Shown here: positions 1 through 12,538 of the stretch, in pieces
Layout: the number at the start of each line of letters is the position of its first letter
Numbering within the stretch: the first letter of the stretch is position 1
Assembly: GCA_001687465.1 (NCBI GenBank)
Contig: LVLI01000166.1
Location: 1 to 64,000, forward strand
DNA from: Halocafeteria seosinensis
Lineage: Eukaryota
Reading direction: 5' to 3'
Length of the DNA stretch: 64,000 nucleotides
Program-made: the position numbers and the translations under genes
Notes under the pieces: model-generated
Told to the model about the DNA's origin: nothing
The model's database searches: none
Seen by the model: the letters and a program-made list of their open reading frames with translations, nothing else

Positions 1-134
1 GCACAGGCCTCTATACGATGAGGAGATCACGTGTATATCGGTAGAATCATGCACGAAGCACTATGGAAAGATATATTGAAGAATAAAAGTGCGCACTTGT
101 GCCAACCCTAAAATTGGCCTATGTTGTGCCAACC

Positions 135-271
135 GTGGCATGCCACCGTGCCAGTGCCACTTGGCACGTGGCGCTGCCCGTGCCCCACGCCCTATCCCCG
201 GGGGATTTGGGATGGGGAAGCCTTCCCCATCCCCAGTTGGGGAAGTGGGGACGCCATCCCAACAGCCCTAG
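135..271. repeat. GC-rich cluster of palindromes and hairpins
   Basis: GTGGCATGCCAC (135-146), GTGCCA-CT-TGGCAC (154-167), ATCCCC-G-GGGGAT (194-206), 11-bp stem GGGATGGGGAA/TTCCCCATCCC (209-233), several G4-5 runs, ending at CTAG (268-271). Confidence 0.6.
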
Positions 272-360
272 TCACCACCCACCAGTACAATGTTGAGCAG
301 GCATTGGGGATGCGTTGTGGTATTTTCCTCTCCCGTATATACGATTTATTGGACATAGTT

Positions 361-2018
361 TTAGACAAGTCGTCGCTTTTTACTACTATCTGGTCCATCC
401 GTCAGCACTGTGGCTAGTCGGGGGCGGAATTGTACCAATACCATCAGTTTCTTTGGGGCTACATCCCGTACCAAGCGAATGGAGATATCACTGGCTTCTG
501 GTAGATCCTTCAACATAGATTTGAGACGCTGTATGCATAGCCGTTTACACCATAGCCTTCTTCGAAAGCCAGCAGTTGTGCACTTGTTTCACATACCTCC
601 TGTACATCGGTTGTAGCATCTTCAAGATTGTCGGCTTTGCTGAAGCAGTAGCAGTGTATCCAAGGAAGAGGATACTTTTGGGGCTCTAAAGATTTATCTT
701 TCGTCCATAAATCATTCGGAAATATGCTGCGGAAGACGTCTGGTCGCCTCGAATCATACGTGCACACACATCGATAATCGAAGAAGCGGTCTACAGTTTG
801 AGAATACTTACCACAGAAGTCTAAGGCATCCGCAGGGAGATTCATGATTATGTGATCAACGAGCTTCTTTCTTGGACCCAGAAGGTCCTTGATGAATTCC
901 CTGGCATCGAGTGTAGATATTTCAATCTTCTTCTCGACCTTGTTGAGTCTGGCGGCTCTCTCCAGAGCGCTAGTACTGTCTGGATTTAAATCGTTTGCAA
1001 AAACATAGCTACCTTTCATAGCTAAGGGCACGGCGAATGGTCCTACACCACAAAACATATCAGCGACAATAGGCCTGGAGCCGCTAGTATCACTTGTATG
1101 TTCCGAAAATTGAGAGGCTATCTCCTCTACCAGACGATGATGCTCAGTACTAAGGCGCGAATTCCAGTATACTCTGGAGTAGTCGAATTCGAAACGAGCT
1201 CCTCCTTCTCTCACGCATACATTGAGATTTGGTTCTCCAGCTAGTATCTCCATAGGAAACGTTCGAAATTCGTTTCGTATTTCATCCGTCTTGTTCACTA
1301 CTGTCTTAATATGAGGACTTTTGTCGACAAGCACCTCCCCTATTAGGTACTTGTACGGAAGCTGCTCCTCTTTTAGATTAAGATGGGCTATATGTCCTAC
1401 AGTTTCAAAGGAGGATGGAACCGTTATAGAATGGGGAAGTAGCTGTTGTAATACTTCGGAGGCCGTCATTTCATCATAGCCAATGGTAACTGTATAGTCC
1501 ACGATAGTGGCACCAGACTCTTCGAAGACCCACTTTCTAAGCTCTTCAGGTAGCTCTTTGAGGTCTTCTGACTTTATATCGCGGCTTAATAGAAAGAGTT
1601 TGCGATCGCGCTCTCCATCTGGGTCCTTTACTATGTGTTTCACCTTGGGGAGGGAGAGGGAATACTCACTAAGTAGTCTCGATGCCTCGGTCAACTTTTT
1701 CACCGGCAGTTTGGCTGCTTTAACAGGAATCCTTCGCGTGAAGTGCTCCAAAAACACATCCTTCAGATGAGAAGGTGGTTCCTTATTAATGGACGAGGAC
1801 ATTCTTATTCGTCCATGCAGGCTGCTCCGATTTAGTTCCTGGGAGACGTAGCGTGCTGGGGTCACCAAGGGGCTATCAATGTTACCGTGCGTATACACTA
1901 CCGCTGGTTCGAACCTTGCAATAGGCGATATCCAAAAAATGCTTCGTGTTTTGTTCTCCCTGTGTATCTGCCATTGTTTTACTTGTTGCCGTAGAGTCCT
2001 CAGACTGTGTCTCAACAT
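361..2018 (-). CDS. TRM5: tRNA (guanine-37-N1)-methyltransferase Trm5, 3 exons
   Basis: Motifs SSFETVGHIAHLNL, VYWNSRLSTEH, DMFCGVGPF, ANDLNP, IMNLP, IHCYCF. Introns near 811-740 and 595-530. Last exon reads ...IRLVRDVAPKKLMVLVQF...RRLV* with the stop at 363-361. Confidence 0.93.
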
Positions 2019-2191
2019 GCCTTATTCACAGGCCATTGTCGACGACACCCAAGGAGTTGTTGTATGGCACTAGAAACTCCATTCAATTCAGTTGAACAAT
2101 AGGGGTCACAATTACATGTCAAAATTCTCGTGGTTGAGATAAATGGAGCTCATTGTCTGTACCGAATAAGTGCATGTGAAGCTCCACTACA

Positions 2192-2791
2192 ATGGCTGAG
2201 GCTCAGCAGCAGGAAAGACCATTAATGGACGACACGACTTCAAATTCCAGGGGCAGTGGGTGCAAGGACTGTCCCATAAGGAAAGGGAAGGTAGCAAAGA
2301 GTTTCCCATATAGAATTCATATATTACGTCCGAGCGAAGACGTACTGGAGCCATCGTGTGACTGCCAGCATCTTCATATGACTTATGGTAAAACATACAA
2401 ATACTGCACGTGTGGTGAAGCGAAGGCCCAGGTAAGTGGACAGTGCTAATTAGATGGAGATCTTGGAAACAGCTTTTAGGTTGGAATCTCACTGCAGCCC
2501 TTCTGTGACGAATCGTGTCATGGAACCCAATGGGAGCCGCTAGAATTCACAGTCGACAAGAACCAACGAGTAAGTGTATTTTAGAATTCTCCTGTCCCCT
2601 AATTCAGGCCTTGCTTTCAAGCGTGCGTGCTTCATTGAACCAAACCTGAGAATGGAGGTGGTGTGTTCAAATAACCTATCTTCTTGGTGATGCAGTGGTA
2701 TTTGGTGTGCGGGTGCAAACAAACTGATTCTCCTCCTCATTGTGATGGTTCTCACATCCACATTGATTGGAGCAAAGTTAACGACTGGTAG
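2192..2791 (+). CDS. CISD3: Two-CDGSH iron-sulfur (NEET) protein, CISD3/MiNT-like, 3 exons
   Basis: Exons 2192-2431, 2498-2569, 2696-2791 with GT-AG introns splice in frame to ...YKYCTCGEAKAQPFCDESCHGTQWEPLEF...WYLVCGCKQTDSPPHCDGSHIH...W*. Confidence 0.85.
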
Positions 2792-3175
2792 TTTGGGAAA
2801 CTTTAGGTGCTTTAGGATGCCCTACTTGTTTTGGTCGTTTTTCTTGTGCAATTTGTACGTAATTTCACACCAGACCAGTGTCGTCCAGGTAGAATGGTAG
2901 GGTACTGTGAATCTCCAATTTTTTCACTCAAACTTTATTCACTTTTTGGCGATATTTTTTCGACACGACTCAATCGTGGGCTGGAACATCAGATTCTCAG
3001 AATTTCCTGTGAGCTAGAATTTTTGGCCAGAAACGACACAGGGTTGAAGCAGCAGCTAGCCCAGTGTAAGGGAACAGTGATGTTAATTGCATGAATTGAT
3101 TTACAGCTACAATTAAAAGTAAAATAGTGATTCTATAGTTTCTCACTGCGTTTGAAATACTTTGCGCCCGTGAAA

Positions 3176-5110
3176 ATGTCAAGTGAAGAACAGGCAAAAC
3201 AATCTTCCCAGCCGGAGGCTGCTGCCCCAGGGACCGAAGGAGAGGGCGAGAAAAAGCTCTCCAAGAAGGAACTCCGTATTCTTGAGCGTCAGAGGAAGGT
3301 AAGACGTGTGCTTTACATATCGGCTCTTCACACTGTGATGGGGAATCGAACCATGGGTGGCTGAGAAATCAAGATGCTACTTGTGCCGTCTAGAGAGTGA
3401 CACAAGAATACCACGGTCATTAACTGGGATGCATATGGCCCAATTTTGTCTCGGGCGCGATTTCCTGTTCACTGAATATTGAAGCATATTGCTAACGCAT
3501 TTATGTTATTGCTCGATTCTTTCAGGAAGCTGAGATTGCGGCGCAAAAACAGGCACAATTCAAGGAAACTTTTGGGAAGGCTGAGCGTATTCAGTCCCAG
3601 AAACACACCGGCCGAAAATGGACTCGGTAAGTTCTTGGCTGACAACGAGCGCTGACGATCCTTTGGATCCATTACATCATCATTAACGTTACTCGTTGTG
3701 ATATCTCGTTGCAGAATTGACGAACTTGATGAGTCTAGGGTGGGAGAAGAGGTGTTGATCCGCGGGCGGGTGCACACCAGCAGGACCGCTGGTAAACTTG
3801 CTTTCGTTCTTTTGCGTCAAGCTGTCTCCAGTGTCCAGGCTGTGGTGTTCCAGAGCAAAGAATGCCCGAAAGAAATGATTAAGTTTGTTGAGGGAGTTCC
3901 CCACGAATCGGTGGTGGATATCACTGGCACAGTGGCGAGGCCAGAGCAGGAAATCGAAAGTGCTACACTGAAGACTCTCGAGATACACATGAAGACCTTC
4001 CACGTTATCTCCCAAGCTTTGCCTACGTTACCATTTTCTTTGGAAGACGCATCGAGGCCGGACTATCTTTACGAGCAAGGTGAGCAGGAAGAAGGTGAAG
4101 ATCAGAAGAAATATGTGAAAGTTGGGCAAGATGTGCGACTTGACAACCGGTGGATCGATCTGCGAACTCCTGCTAATCAGGCTATCTTTCGCATTAGCTC
4201 TGGTGTGTGCACATTATTCCGTGAGTTTCTTTTGAAGAATGGTTTCGTAGAGATGCAGACACCCAAGCTGCTGGGCGGAGCGAGTGAAGGTGGGGCGAAC
4301 GTCTTCACTTTGGACTATTTTGGTCAGTCAGCCTGCCTTGCACAAAGCCCTCAGCTGTACAAGCAGATGTGCACCGCTTGCGCTGATTTTGAACGAGTAT
4401 TTGAGATCGGTCCTGTGTTCCGCGCTGAGAACAGCAACACTCATCGGCACCTCACGGAGTTCCACGGACTGGATATGGAGATGACAATCAACGAACATTA
4501 CTCAGAATGCCTGGACGTTTTTAGTGATTTGTTCATTTATATATTTAAGGGTTTGCAAACTCGATTCAAGAAAGAGCTCGAGGCTGTCAGAGCCCAACAT
4601 CCCTTTGAAGACTTTAAGTTCCAGGAGCCAGCCCTCCGGATTACTTTCGAACACGGTATTGATCTACTCCGAGAAGCGGGAGAGGACGTTGGGTACGAAG
4701 ATGATCTGAGCACTACCCAGGAGAAAAAGTTAGGGAAAATTATTCGTGAAAAGTATGACACTGATTTCTTCATGATGGATAAGTTCCCGTTGGCGATCCG
4801 TGCTTTCTATAGCATGCCAGACCCCGAGGACTCCAGATGGAGTAACAGCTACGATTTCTTCATGAGAGGAGAGGAAATCCTATCTGGGGCGCAACGTATC
4901 CATGACCCTGTTTTGCTAGAGGAACGCGCTAGGGCGAAAGGCATCCCCGTCGAAAGCATCCAAAGCTATGTCGATAGTTTCAGGCATGGTGCTCTTCCCC
5001 ACGCTGGTGGAGGCGTAGGGTTAGAACGAGTTGTGATGCTATTTTTGGGTCTTCCTAATATTAGGAAATCCGCGCTATTCCCTCGTGATCCCAAGCGCTT
5101 AAGTCCATAA
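3176..5110 (+). CDS. DARS1: Cytosolic aspartyl-tRNA synthetase, 3 exons
   Basis: OB-fold (RGRVHTSR...AFVLLRQ), RLDNRWIDLR, LAQSPQLYKQ, motif 2 FRAENSNTHRHLTEF, EILSGAQRIH, motif 3 GGGVGLERV, FPRDPKRLSP. N-terminal exon 3176-3298 and a second exon near 3526-3626. Confidence 0.96.
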
Positions 5111-5548
5111 GGTCCACTTTAAGAATTTCGACTTTGACCGCAAGCTCTACAACGTCGTAGAGACAAGTATCCAATGTCTGTAACTAGACTCCTCATTGTC
5201 GTTGTATTCGACCATTCCACGGAGCGCAACACAATAAATTAGTATTTGAACTACTCGATTCGCTCTCTTTTCCATCGCTATCCAGTGTTCCTGCGTCTAC
5301 TATGCTGAAGTATTCGGAGATTTGTGAAGTAAACAGGGTGTTTTGAAAGTGGGGAAAGTTTAATGCAGATATATCGATGGGATGAGAGACAATTCACGAG
5401 GATATTCCTAGATCCGTTTCTGCATTGTTTATTCAATAAGTCTATGTGGTTATATTGGTTGCAAATAAAAGAGAGACGTCGTATAGGCTCGCTAACTTTA
5501 TTCACTCGGAACCGTTGCTGAGTCGCTCTTTTCAAAATATAGGTCAAC

Positions 5549-6592
5549 ATGAGCGGCGACGTAAGAAGTCAATCAGCAGTTCATTCGTCCTCCACCAATG
5601 GTACCGTTGAAGGCATAGGAACCAACCACAGTACCATACCGGCAAGTGTCGGATTCAGTGATACTACAGAGCAAACAACAGCGCGACAAAGTACAACAGA
5701 CTCCAGACCAAGCGGAGCCCCACCACCAACAGCCAAACACGAAAACGACGAGAATCATATCGTCGATCCGAGTCCGAAACCGACAGCTCTCGCCGATCGG
5801 ACATGTAGAGACGTTTCTAATAAGGATACGACGCCAGTGCATATGAAAATGCGCACCAGTCCCGTTACGAAACCTACGGTGTTTATAGTTGATGTGGAGA
5901 GCAGTCCGGCAGCATTGGAATTTTGTGATGGTATCACATCTACCTATTTTCGACACCACGTGGCTCGTCATGGCCATCGTGTCATTGTCGTTCATACAAG
6001 ATCATATAAAAGAGTAAGTGTGTAACTCTTCCGGCTTGCTGGTGCGCTTATTATTATGGCCCTGCTCTTGCAGCTTCCGCCAACGTTCAAAATACCGGCA
6101 CCAAAGAACGCTTTGATTACGCAACTGGCCACGAATGACTGCTCTCCCGCGGTTTCATTTTTTGCCACCAGAACAGATTTGTCAAAGTCCATTAGGATTG
6201 TTGCCTCGGCAAAGATGCGAGGTAAATACGTCGATATACTACATCTCATGAGGGAGCGAAAACACGACATTGAACTCCTGCCTCCGGACCTAAAACTCTA
6301 TGAGCTCATCGGGGTTCCACCTCCACGCAGTAACGTGAAATCCTCGAAACGGCTGGCGACGAAACTGTCTTACTCGCTGCAACAGTCCAGCGGTCATCCG
6401 GCAAATGGGTCAGCTCAGAAGATGTTACGCGGGCAAGTGAACAACGTTCTTGTTCCGTATGGGTCTTCACAAGAGAGCGACTTCGCGGGCGAGGGGAAAC
6501 TTTCGGAAGTAGAAAATGGGGAGCATAACAACGTCTATCCCTCTACATCGCAAATTACGATACCATCTACGGAATCCAGTCAGAGTACATGA
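5549..6592 (+). CDS. Hypothetical protein, possibly with a degenerate NYN/PIN-like alpha-beta domain, 2 exons
   Basis: ORFs 5549-6025 and 6056-6592 join through a GTAAGT...CTTGCAG intron (about 6014-6073). Core segment VFIVDVES...FFATRTDLSKSIRIVASAKMRGKYVDIL between low-complexity ends. Confidence 0.5.
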
Positions 6593-7821
6593 AACCCAGC
6601 CCACCACTGGGCACGTTCCAGTTGTACAATATTCGGTTTGACAAAGACGAACCCTTAATGTGACCTGTCACTCCGAAAGACTTGATTCCGGCGTTATATG
6701 TGATCGCTCTTGGTGGGACATCCTCTGAATAAACCATCTCGGGAATAGTGTAGCACACCTAGCCTCAGCATTGTGTAGCCGTTGTACACTTCTTTAAGCC
6801 TTGCAAGTTCTCATTCCGGTCAAGACGACAAGAGTGAGCAATACAAGGCATCGTCGTAGAGTGTTTCACCGTGTGAATCATCTTCAGACCCTGGTTGTCG
6901 GTTGTCAGCTAACAGGTTCGTTTATGTCCAGACATCATTAGTCATCGGTCTCCTGACGCTGCTCCCGCGATTTCGGCATACATGCTTGAAGGCGCCGCTG
7001 GCCACAATGACCATGTCAATGTGGGAATTACAGTATAGTAGGATTCCAACGTCTGAGTTGTGGGGTTTCGCCCAACAAGTATGAGTCCCCATCGTTTGTA
7101 CAGGATCCATTAGTGTAAACCATGAAAGGGTCCAGGTCTCTATTCGTTGCCGTTAGAATTTGGTGCGGGCTTCTTCGAATGTCTCCCGATCCTTTCGTAC
7201 TTGTATTCTTGGTTTTGTTGCAGCCCATACTTTGGTTCGCTCAAAAATATAACACGAGACCTTCGCGACAGACAAACTATCCAATCAGAATGACAGCACC
7301 TTCCCACTGAAAATATGCGTTGTGTCAGTTAAAAACATCATTGTGCAAAGACTGCTTGCAGCTTCGTCTGCTTCGTGGCAAGCCTCACTTCTTCACTGTG
7401 GTTCAATGAACGGAAAGATTGTAGACTGAGGGGAACGTCTACGCCTCAGACACCACACACCATGCAGACGCAGCGTTCATTGATGATGATATAGAGTACG
7501 ATTAGACCCCATTGGATGGATATTTTGTCTCTCCTTCTCTTTGAGGGACTGTGGAAGCGATACACGTGCTTTGTGGACGAGGAAGCTTCTTGTCCTGTAA
7601 GGAGGGCGTTGGATTTCCCAATCCTCTCCATTAGCTGTCTCTCGTATTACCACCTACCTACACACAGGGTGATATAGTGCCCTCTCGTGTTTTTCTTCTG
7701 TCGTATCGGGTGATCTATTACGGTGGAACTTGCGAGAGGGGAAAGGAAAAGCGTTTTTGGGAGTTGTGTTTTGCCTTGCCTCCCAGCAACCAACTCTTCT
7801 GGGCATTCCACGACTTAAACA

Positions 7822-9565
7822 ATGGCGGATCAGAGGGATACAGAGCATGCGCATGCCACGTCGGCAGGCGCCGATGATGACAACTCTATGCGTGCTGGAG
7901 GACATGGCGTCATTCCTTCTCCATCTTCCTCGGCCGAATCATACAGCGCTCCTGAAGATAGCACCGTCGGAGGTAATGAACGTGGAGCTGGAGGTACTCA
8001 TAACGATGACGAAGGTCATGGGGCTGATGGAGGGTCACACCAAGACAATAATGAGCAGAATGGAGGCAGCGAGCGACAAGACAGTGGCGGTAGCTCATCA
8101 CACGCACGCACTCCAAGAGGAGGTCGAAGATCTGAGGCGACCACAGAGGAAGACAAAGAAAAGCTAAGGGAGCTCGAAGAGTATATGAAGAAACTAGAGG
8201 ACGGTAAGTGGGAACAGCTATAAATCCATCAAATTGGTTTGGTACCACTGAAGGGCTCATATAAATATTTCAGGTTCGCATCCGGAGCTTCAGGAGAAAG
8301 AAAAGATCTTTAAAGCAGTGAAACATGATGCTGTTGAGAAGGCACGGATACATCGTGATTATCAATTAAGGGTTATTGAGAATTTATTTGATTATCACAA
8401 ACATGCTGCGGAAGAAATATATAAGGTAAGACTAGAGTTCTGCTTGTGTGTGCGTTCCCATGTTGCATCTCCCAGCTTTTTTGGCAGAACTCTGTCGATA
8501 AAGTGAAGAAGCAAATTGAGGATGATCTCATGCGCCGTATAAGAAAGCTGAAAGGAGAGAAAAGTAAACATGGTAGGTGCACTCTGAGTGGTACATAGTA
8601 GGCTTGGCACGTGTTGTGAACGAATGTGTGCCCCTACTGCAGACCGAGCTACACGAAGAACGACGCGTAAAGGAAGAGAGGAAACTCAAGAAGAGAAAGC
8701 GCAGCTGGAGAATACGCTTCGAACTGCAGTGGATGGGGGCATGCTGCGATCTGATGCAGTTCTCAAATTTTCATTGCCTAAGAACACTATCCAGGGGGAT
8801 ATGCAGCTGATTCATTCGAAGTGGAAGTCAAGAGTGCATCAGTTCCGCCAAAGTTGTGAAAAGGACATGCTTCCAATTAGAGTCGACAAAGAACGACTCT
8901 TCTTTTGCGATCAAGTGTTGCACATTGAGGATGAAGTAATTCTAGTATCCGAGCTAACTGCTGAGCAGTTCTTCTGTAAATTGTTTGCCATAAGCGCCGC
9001 CGATATAGTTGTGCAGTTTCCTGATGGGGGGAAAGGGCGTCTGCCGCTAACACATTTACGTCATGGGCGCTTCACCATTCGGAAGTATGAACCAAGGGAG
9101 CTCATGGAACAGCTTCCTGAGGGAAACATAGTCGACGATTTGAACAACAGTGCACGTGTTGCCGAGAACTTAATTAGTAACCAAGTTCGTAGCAGCAGTT
9201 CCTCTTCTACTGCGAAGCGCCGTGGACAAAAGCAAAGTGCTTCAGCTGATGCAAATTCTCACCCTGCTCCTTCAGACACGCCTAGCGTCAAAAGGCAACG
9301 TGGTGGATCTCCAAGGGAACCAACGAAGCGCTCAAATCGTACCCAATCATCGAGCGAGCAGCAGGCTTCTCCTGAAGCAGCCGGTACGGACGACTCCGGT
9401 TACAATACAGATTTGGGCTCTGAAGCGCCTGGGGTGGGAAGCAGTGCTGCTCAACCAAACTCGACTGATCTTGCGGCAGCTACTGGGGAGAAAAGAACGC
9501 TAGACACAGAGGAGGAAAATACCGAAGTAACAAAGAAAGCTAGAGTAGCAGAGAGTGATGAATGA
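7822..9565 (+). CDS. SUDS3: Sds3/BRMS1-family Sin3-HDAC complex subunit, 4 exons
   Basis: Spliced LEDGSHPELQ (Sds3 GTHPEY-like), then a coiled coil, L..NTIQGDMQLI, and a C-terminal capped-Tudor-like RVDKERLFFCDQVLH...IVVQFPDGGKGRLPLTHLRHGRFTIRK resembling the SDS3 C-terminus. Confidence 0.72.
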
Positions 9566-9695
9566 ACATTCTTTGAGTTCGCTTTTATAAATATCCATGT
9601 AGATATTTTCTAATTCCTCACACCACGTGTTAGTCGTGTATTCAGAGGTTCTGCAGACATTACATACTTAAATCTTAACTGGCAAGTGAAGCACA

Positions 9696-10704
9696 TTAAT
9701 CAGCAGCAACTTGGTCTTGCTCCTGCCAGTATTCCGCGGCATCCAAGGCGACAAAACAACTCTCAGCAACGATTCGCGAATCATCATTTTCGAATTCACG
9801 CAGCAAAGAAAGAGCTTCCTCAGTACCGATGGCACCAAGTGCTTCTGCAGCTTCATGGCGAACCATAGGATGTTCCGCTTTATTTCTTAAGGTTGCCTCC
9901 AACGTATTTAGCGAGGAAGAATTTTGAAGTTGCCCGAGGACGTATGCTACTTCATGCCGGAAAAGGGCGCTATCGTCTTGAAGCCCTTTGAGAAGCGCTT
10001 CAGTCCCTTCTTTGTCCACACGGTTCCGTAAGGCAAACATTGCTTTGTATCTGTTATATAGAGGACTGCTCTTATCTAGCAGCTGCTGTTGGAGTTTGGC
10101 TACATCTCGCTCTGACGATTCCGGAGGCGCAGGGTCAACACTTTCATACGGGTTATCATTGGCGTCATTAGGTCTCTGCGGTGGCAGAAAATTCGGCAAT
10201 GTGCGATAAATGAAAAGCTAGCAGCTAAGAAAAATCGCTTACTTTGTCTTCCTTTAGTTTTTGTAGGGCGATTTGACAGGTTTCTGACACCTCAGGCCTA
10301 TCATCCTTAACGTAATTGGATATCACACCAATCGCCTGCGTATCTCCAATGGCTCCTAACGCTTCAGCACACTGCAATTACCCGCATAATTCCCATGGAG
10401 AAGGAGTATGCAGCCGCGAGATACTATTACTCTGACGTACCTCATGTCGCACAATGGGGTCGTCGTCCGTATTTTCCAGAATCTTGGTTAGACATGGAAT
10501 TGCCGTTGGGTTCTGTATTTGACCGAGGGCAAACGCCACCTCGTGCCGGAAGAGCACGGATCCCTCTTCTTGATCCTCGAGAGCTCGACAAAGGGCTGAG
10601 ATTGCCTCAGGCGAACCATCTGTACGACAGTAAAACACAGCACGCATGCGCTCCGGCAGTGGTTTACTCCGGTCGCCCACGACGTCAATATGTGTATTTT
10701 CCAT
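9696..10704 (-). CDS. DOHH: Deoxyhypusine hydroxylase, 3 exons
   Basis: Four HE iron-ligand motifs in HEAT repeats (FRHEVAFALGQ, IVRHE|CAEALGAIG, FRHEVAYVLGQ, MVRHEAAEALGAIG) and the linker YESVDPAPP. Confidence 0.95.
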
Positions 10705-11038
10705 CCTTGTCTTTCTGTTTTCCTATTCACGATGTACGAAAAAATGGGGTCAATCAATAACCTCTATGTATGACACATACGGAAATCAAGACATTACAAT
10801 TGCTGCTATCTCTGCTGATGGGGGTAATCCGCTTCAATCATTGACTTCACAAGACGAACTTGGACAGTCCAGTTAGACTCCCAAGCTACCAAGCAACAGA
10901 CGTCTAAATTACGGGAATCGTGGACGACCACAATGATTGACTGGACGCACTGTCTTCATATCCATTACTGAAGGGCGTACCATCTTCTGCACAATCTGAG
11001 CACTGTTGCACAAGTAGTAGTAGTGTACCCCACTGGTC

Positions 11039-12093
11039 TCACCCAGTCTCTTGAGGGTCATACCATCCGTGGCCAAAGTACCGCAGTTCGGGATTGACCT
11101 CAGTTACATTCGTAGGATGGAGCTGATCTGAGAGGTGCCCGATTTGCGATCCAAACGCACTCGGTGCTGATTCAGAATAAAGGCGGCTGTAAGTCGCCTG
11201 ATCAGTGCTGTTGGCTGATTTCCCAGCAGCGTAGTTGAATACAACTCCTTGTGAGGAGAACCCACGAAAGAGGCAATTCAGCTCTACATGAACACTTCCA
11301 GAGCTGGATGTTGTAAGAGCAGACTTGTTACCTCCAGGATTTAAAACAGTCGTAGAATCTAGCAGTTGCGGCCCGCCTCCTATAAGCTTCCGCTTTAATC
11401 TCTCTTTGAATGTCCCATCGGGAACCCATGTGGGGATTTCAAGCTTATGCATTCCGGGCTGCGGAGGTATTCGGATACATCCGTATCCACCTGAAACGTC
11501 AGCAGTAACAATCACTCCGAGACGGACTACCCGCGTGGGCACAATGGTTGCTCACTTACCTATTTCGTTCCTTCCGAAGAAGTCTTGTGTCCATACACTA
11601 ACACACAGACTAGGCCATCCTCGCATGGATGTGGTAGAGAATGTTAATTCAAGCGGATGTCCCCAGTCGCATGTATTCTCTTCGTCCTCCTGCACTCATA
11701 ACACCATCGTCCAATACTGAAGCAGTACTAATCCCGCCAGGACCCTTACTTCGCACTCTGCCACATGGGTTTGACCAGAAGTATCTCCTTCGACGACGGC
11801 CCAATCTTCTGAAGGGGCAATGATCTCCCATACGCAATAACAAGATAAGGTATCATTCACAGGCCAAGTATCTGCTATTTGCAGCAATTCAAACAAGGGT
11901 GAACGGCAGGTGCCATCTTCAGATTGCATTCTTCATCTTACCAGAAAACCATCGGCCGTTCGATCCATTGTTCTGGAAACCACTCGCTCCTTTGAGGGTC
12001 CCCGAAACGACAACTGTAAGCAGCTAAGAGCAAATAACATGGGTAGAGCTCTCTCCATTGGAATCACAGCGTTGAAGACATACCTTCTGGCAT
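11039..12093 (-). CDS. B9D2: B9 domain protein (B9D2-like), copy A, with C-terminal extension, at least 5 exons
   Basis: Spliced product MPEVVVSGTLKGASGF...CVWEI...VEGDTSGQTHV...WGHPLELTFSTTSMRGWPSLCVSVWTQDFFGRNEIGGYGCIRIP...PTWVP...IGGGPQLL...GSVHVELNCLFRGF. The 3' end may have one more exon near 10966-10988. Confidence 0.8.
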
Positions 12094-12538
12094 TCCTGTT
12101 GTTCAAACCGCAACCACAGGTGCGATATCAGTTATTCACCAGAAACAGACACATGCCATGTCCCTCCCCATACGGCTCCCATACATGCCACGAGCTAGAC
12201 TGTATCAACCAGAAGGACGCTGCAAGGTTGATAACATCTCTTCAACGAGGTGCCACAAAAGATTGTCCGGTTGCCCAGACACCGCAGCCGTTAACCTGGC
12301 GTTAACGATGTCAGAAGATGTCTTCACGTATAGGTAGATTATTAGTTGGTACTGCCCATCGTGTGCATATTATAGGTATATTACCCTAATGTTGTGGTAG
12401 TGGTATCATCAAGTGAGGTTCTAGTAGGGTGATAGAGCTGTGTGACCTTTGAGCGACGACGTGAAGGTGGTGGAATTCACAACACTTTTTGAGAAGAGGT
12501 AACAGACATATTCAGTGCAAGTGATTCCCTAGTGCACA

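Noticed and set aside
6600..7800. Possible minus-strand spliced gene (several GT/AG-like signals and short ORFs)
   Set aside because: I could not assemble a coherent reading frame or recognise any motif.
7730..8167. Overlapping 145-aa ORF and many similar antisense or alternate-frame ORFs across the window
   Set aside because: They are shadows of real genes with biased codon usage and have no independent motifs.
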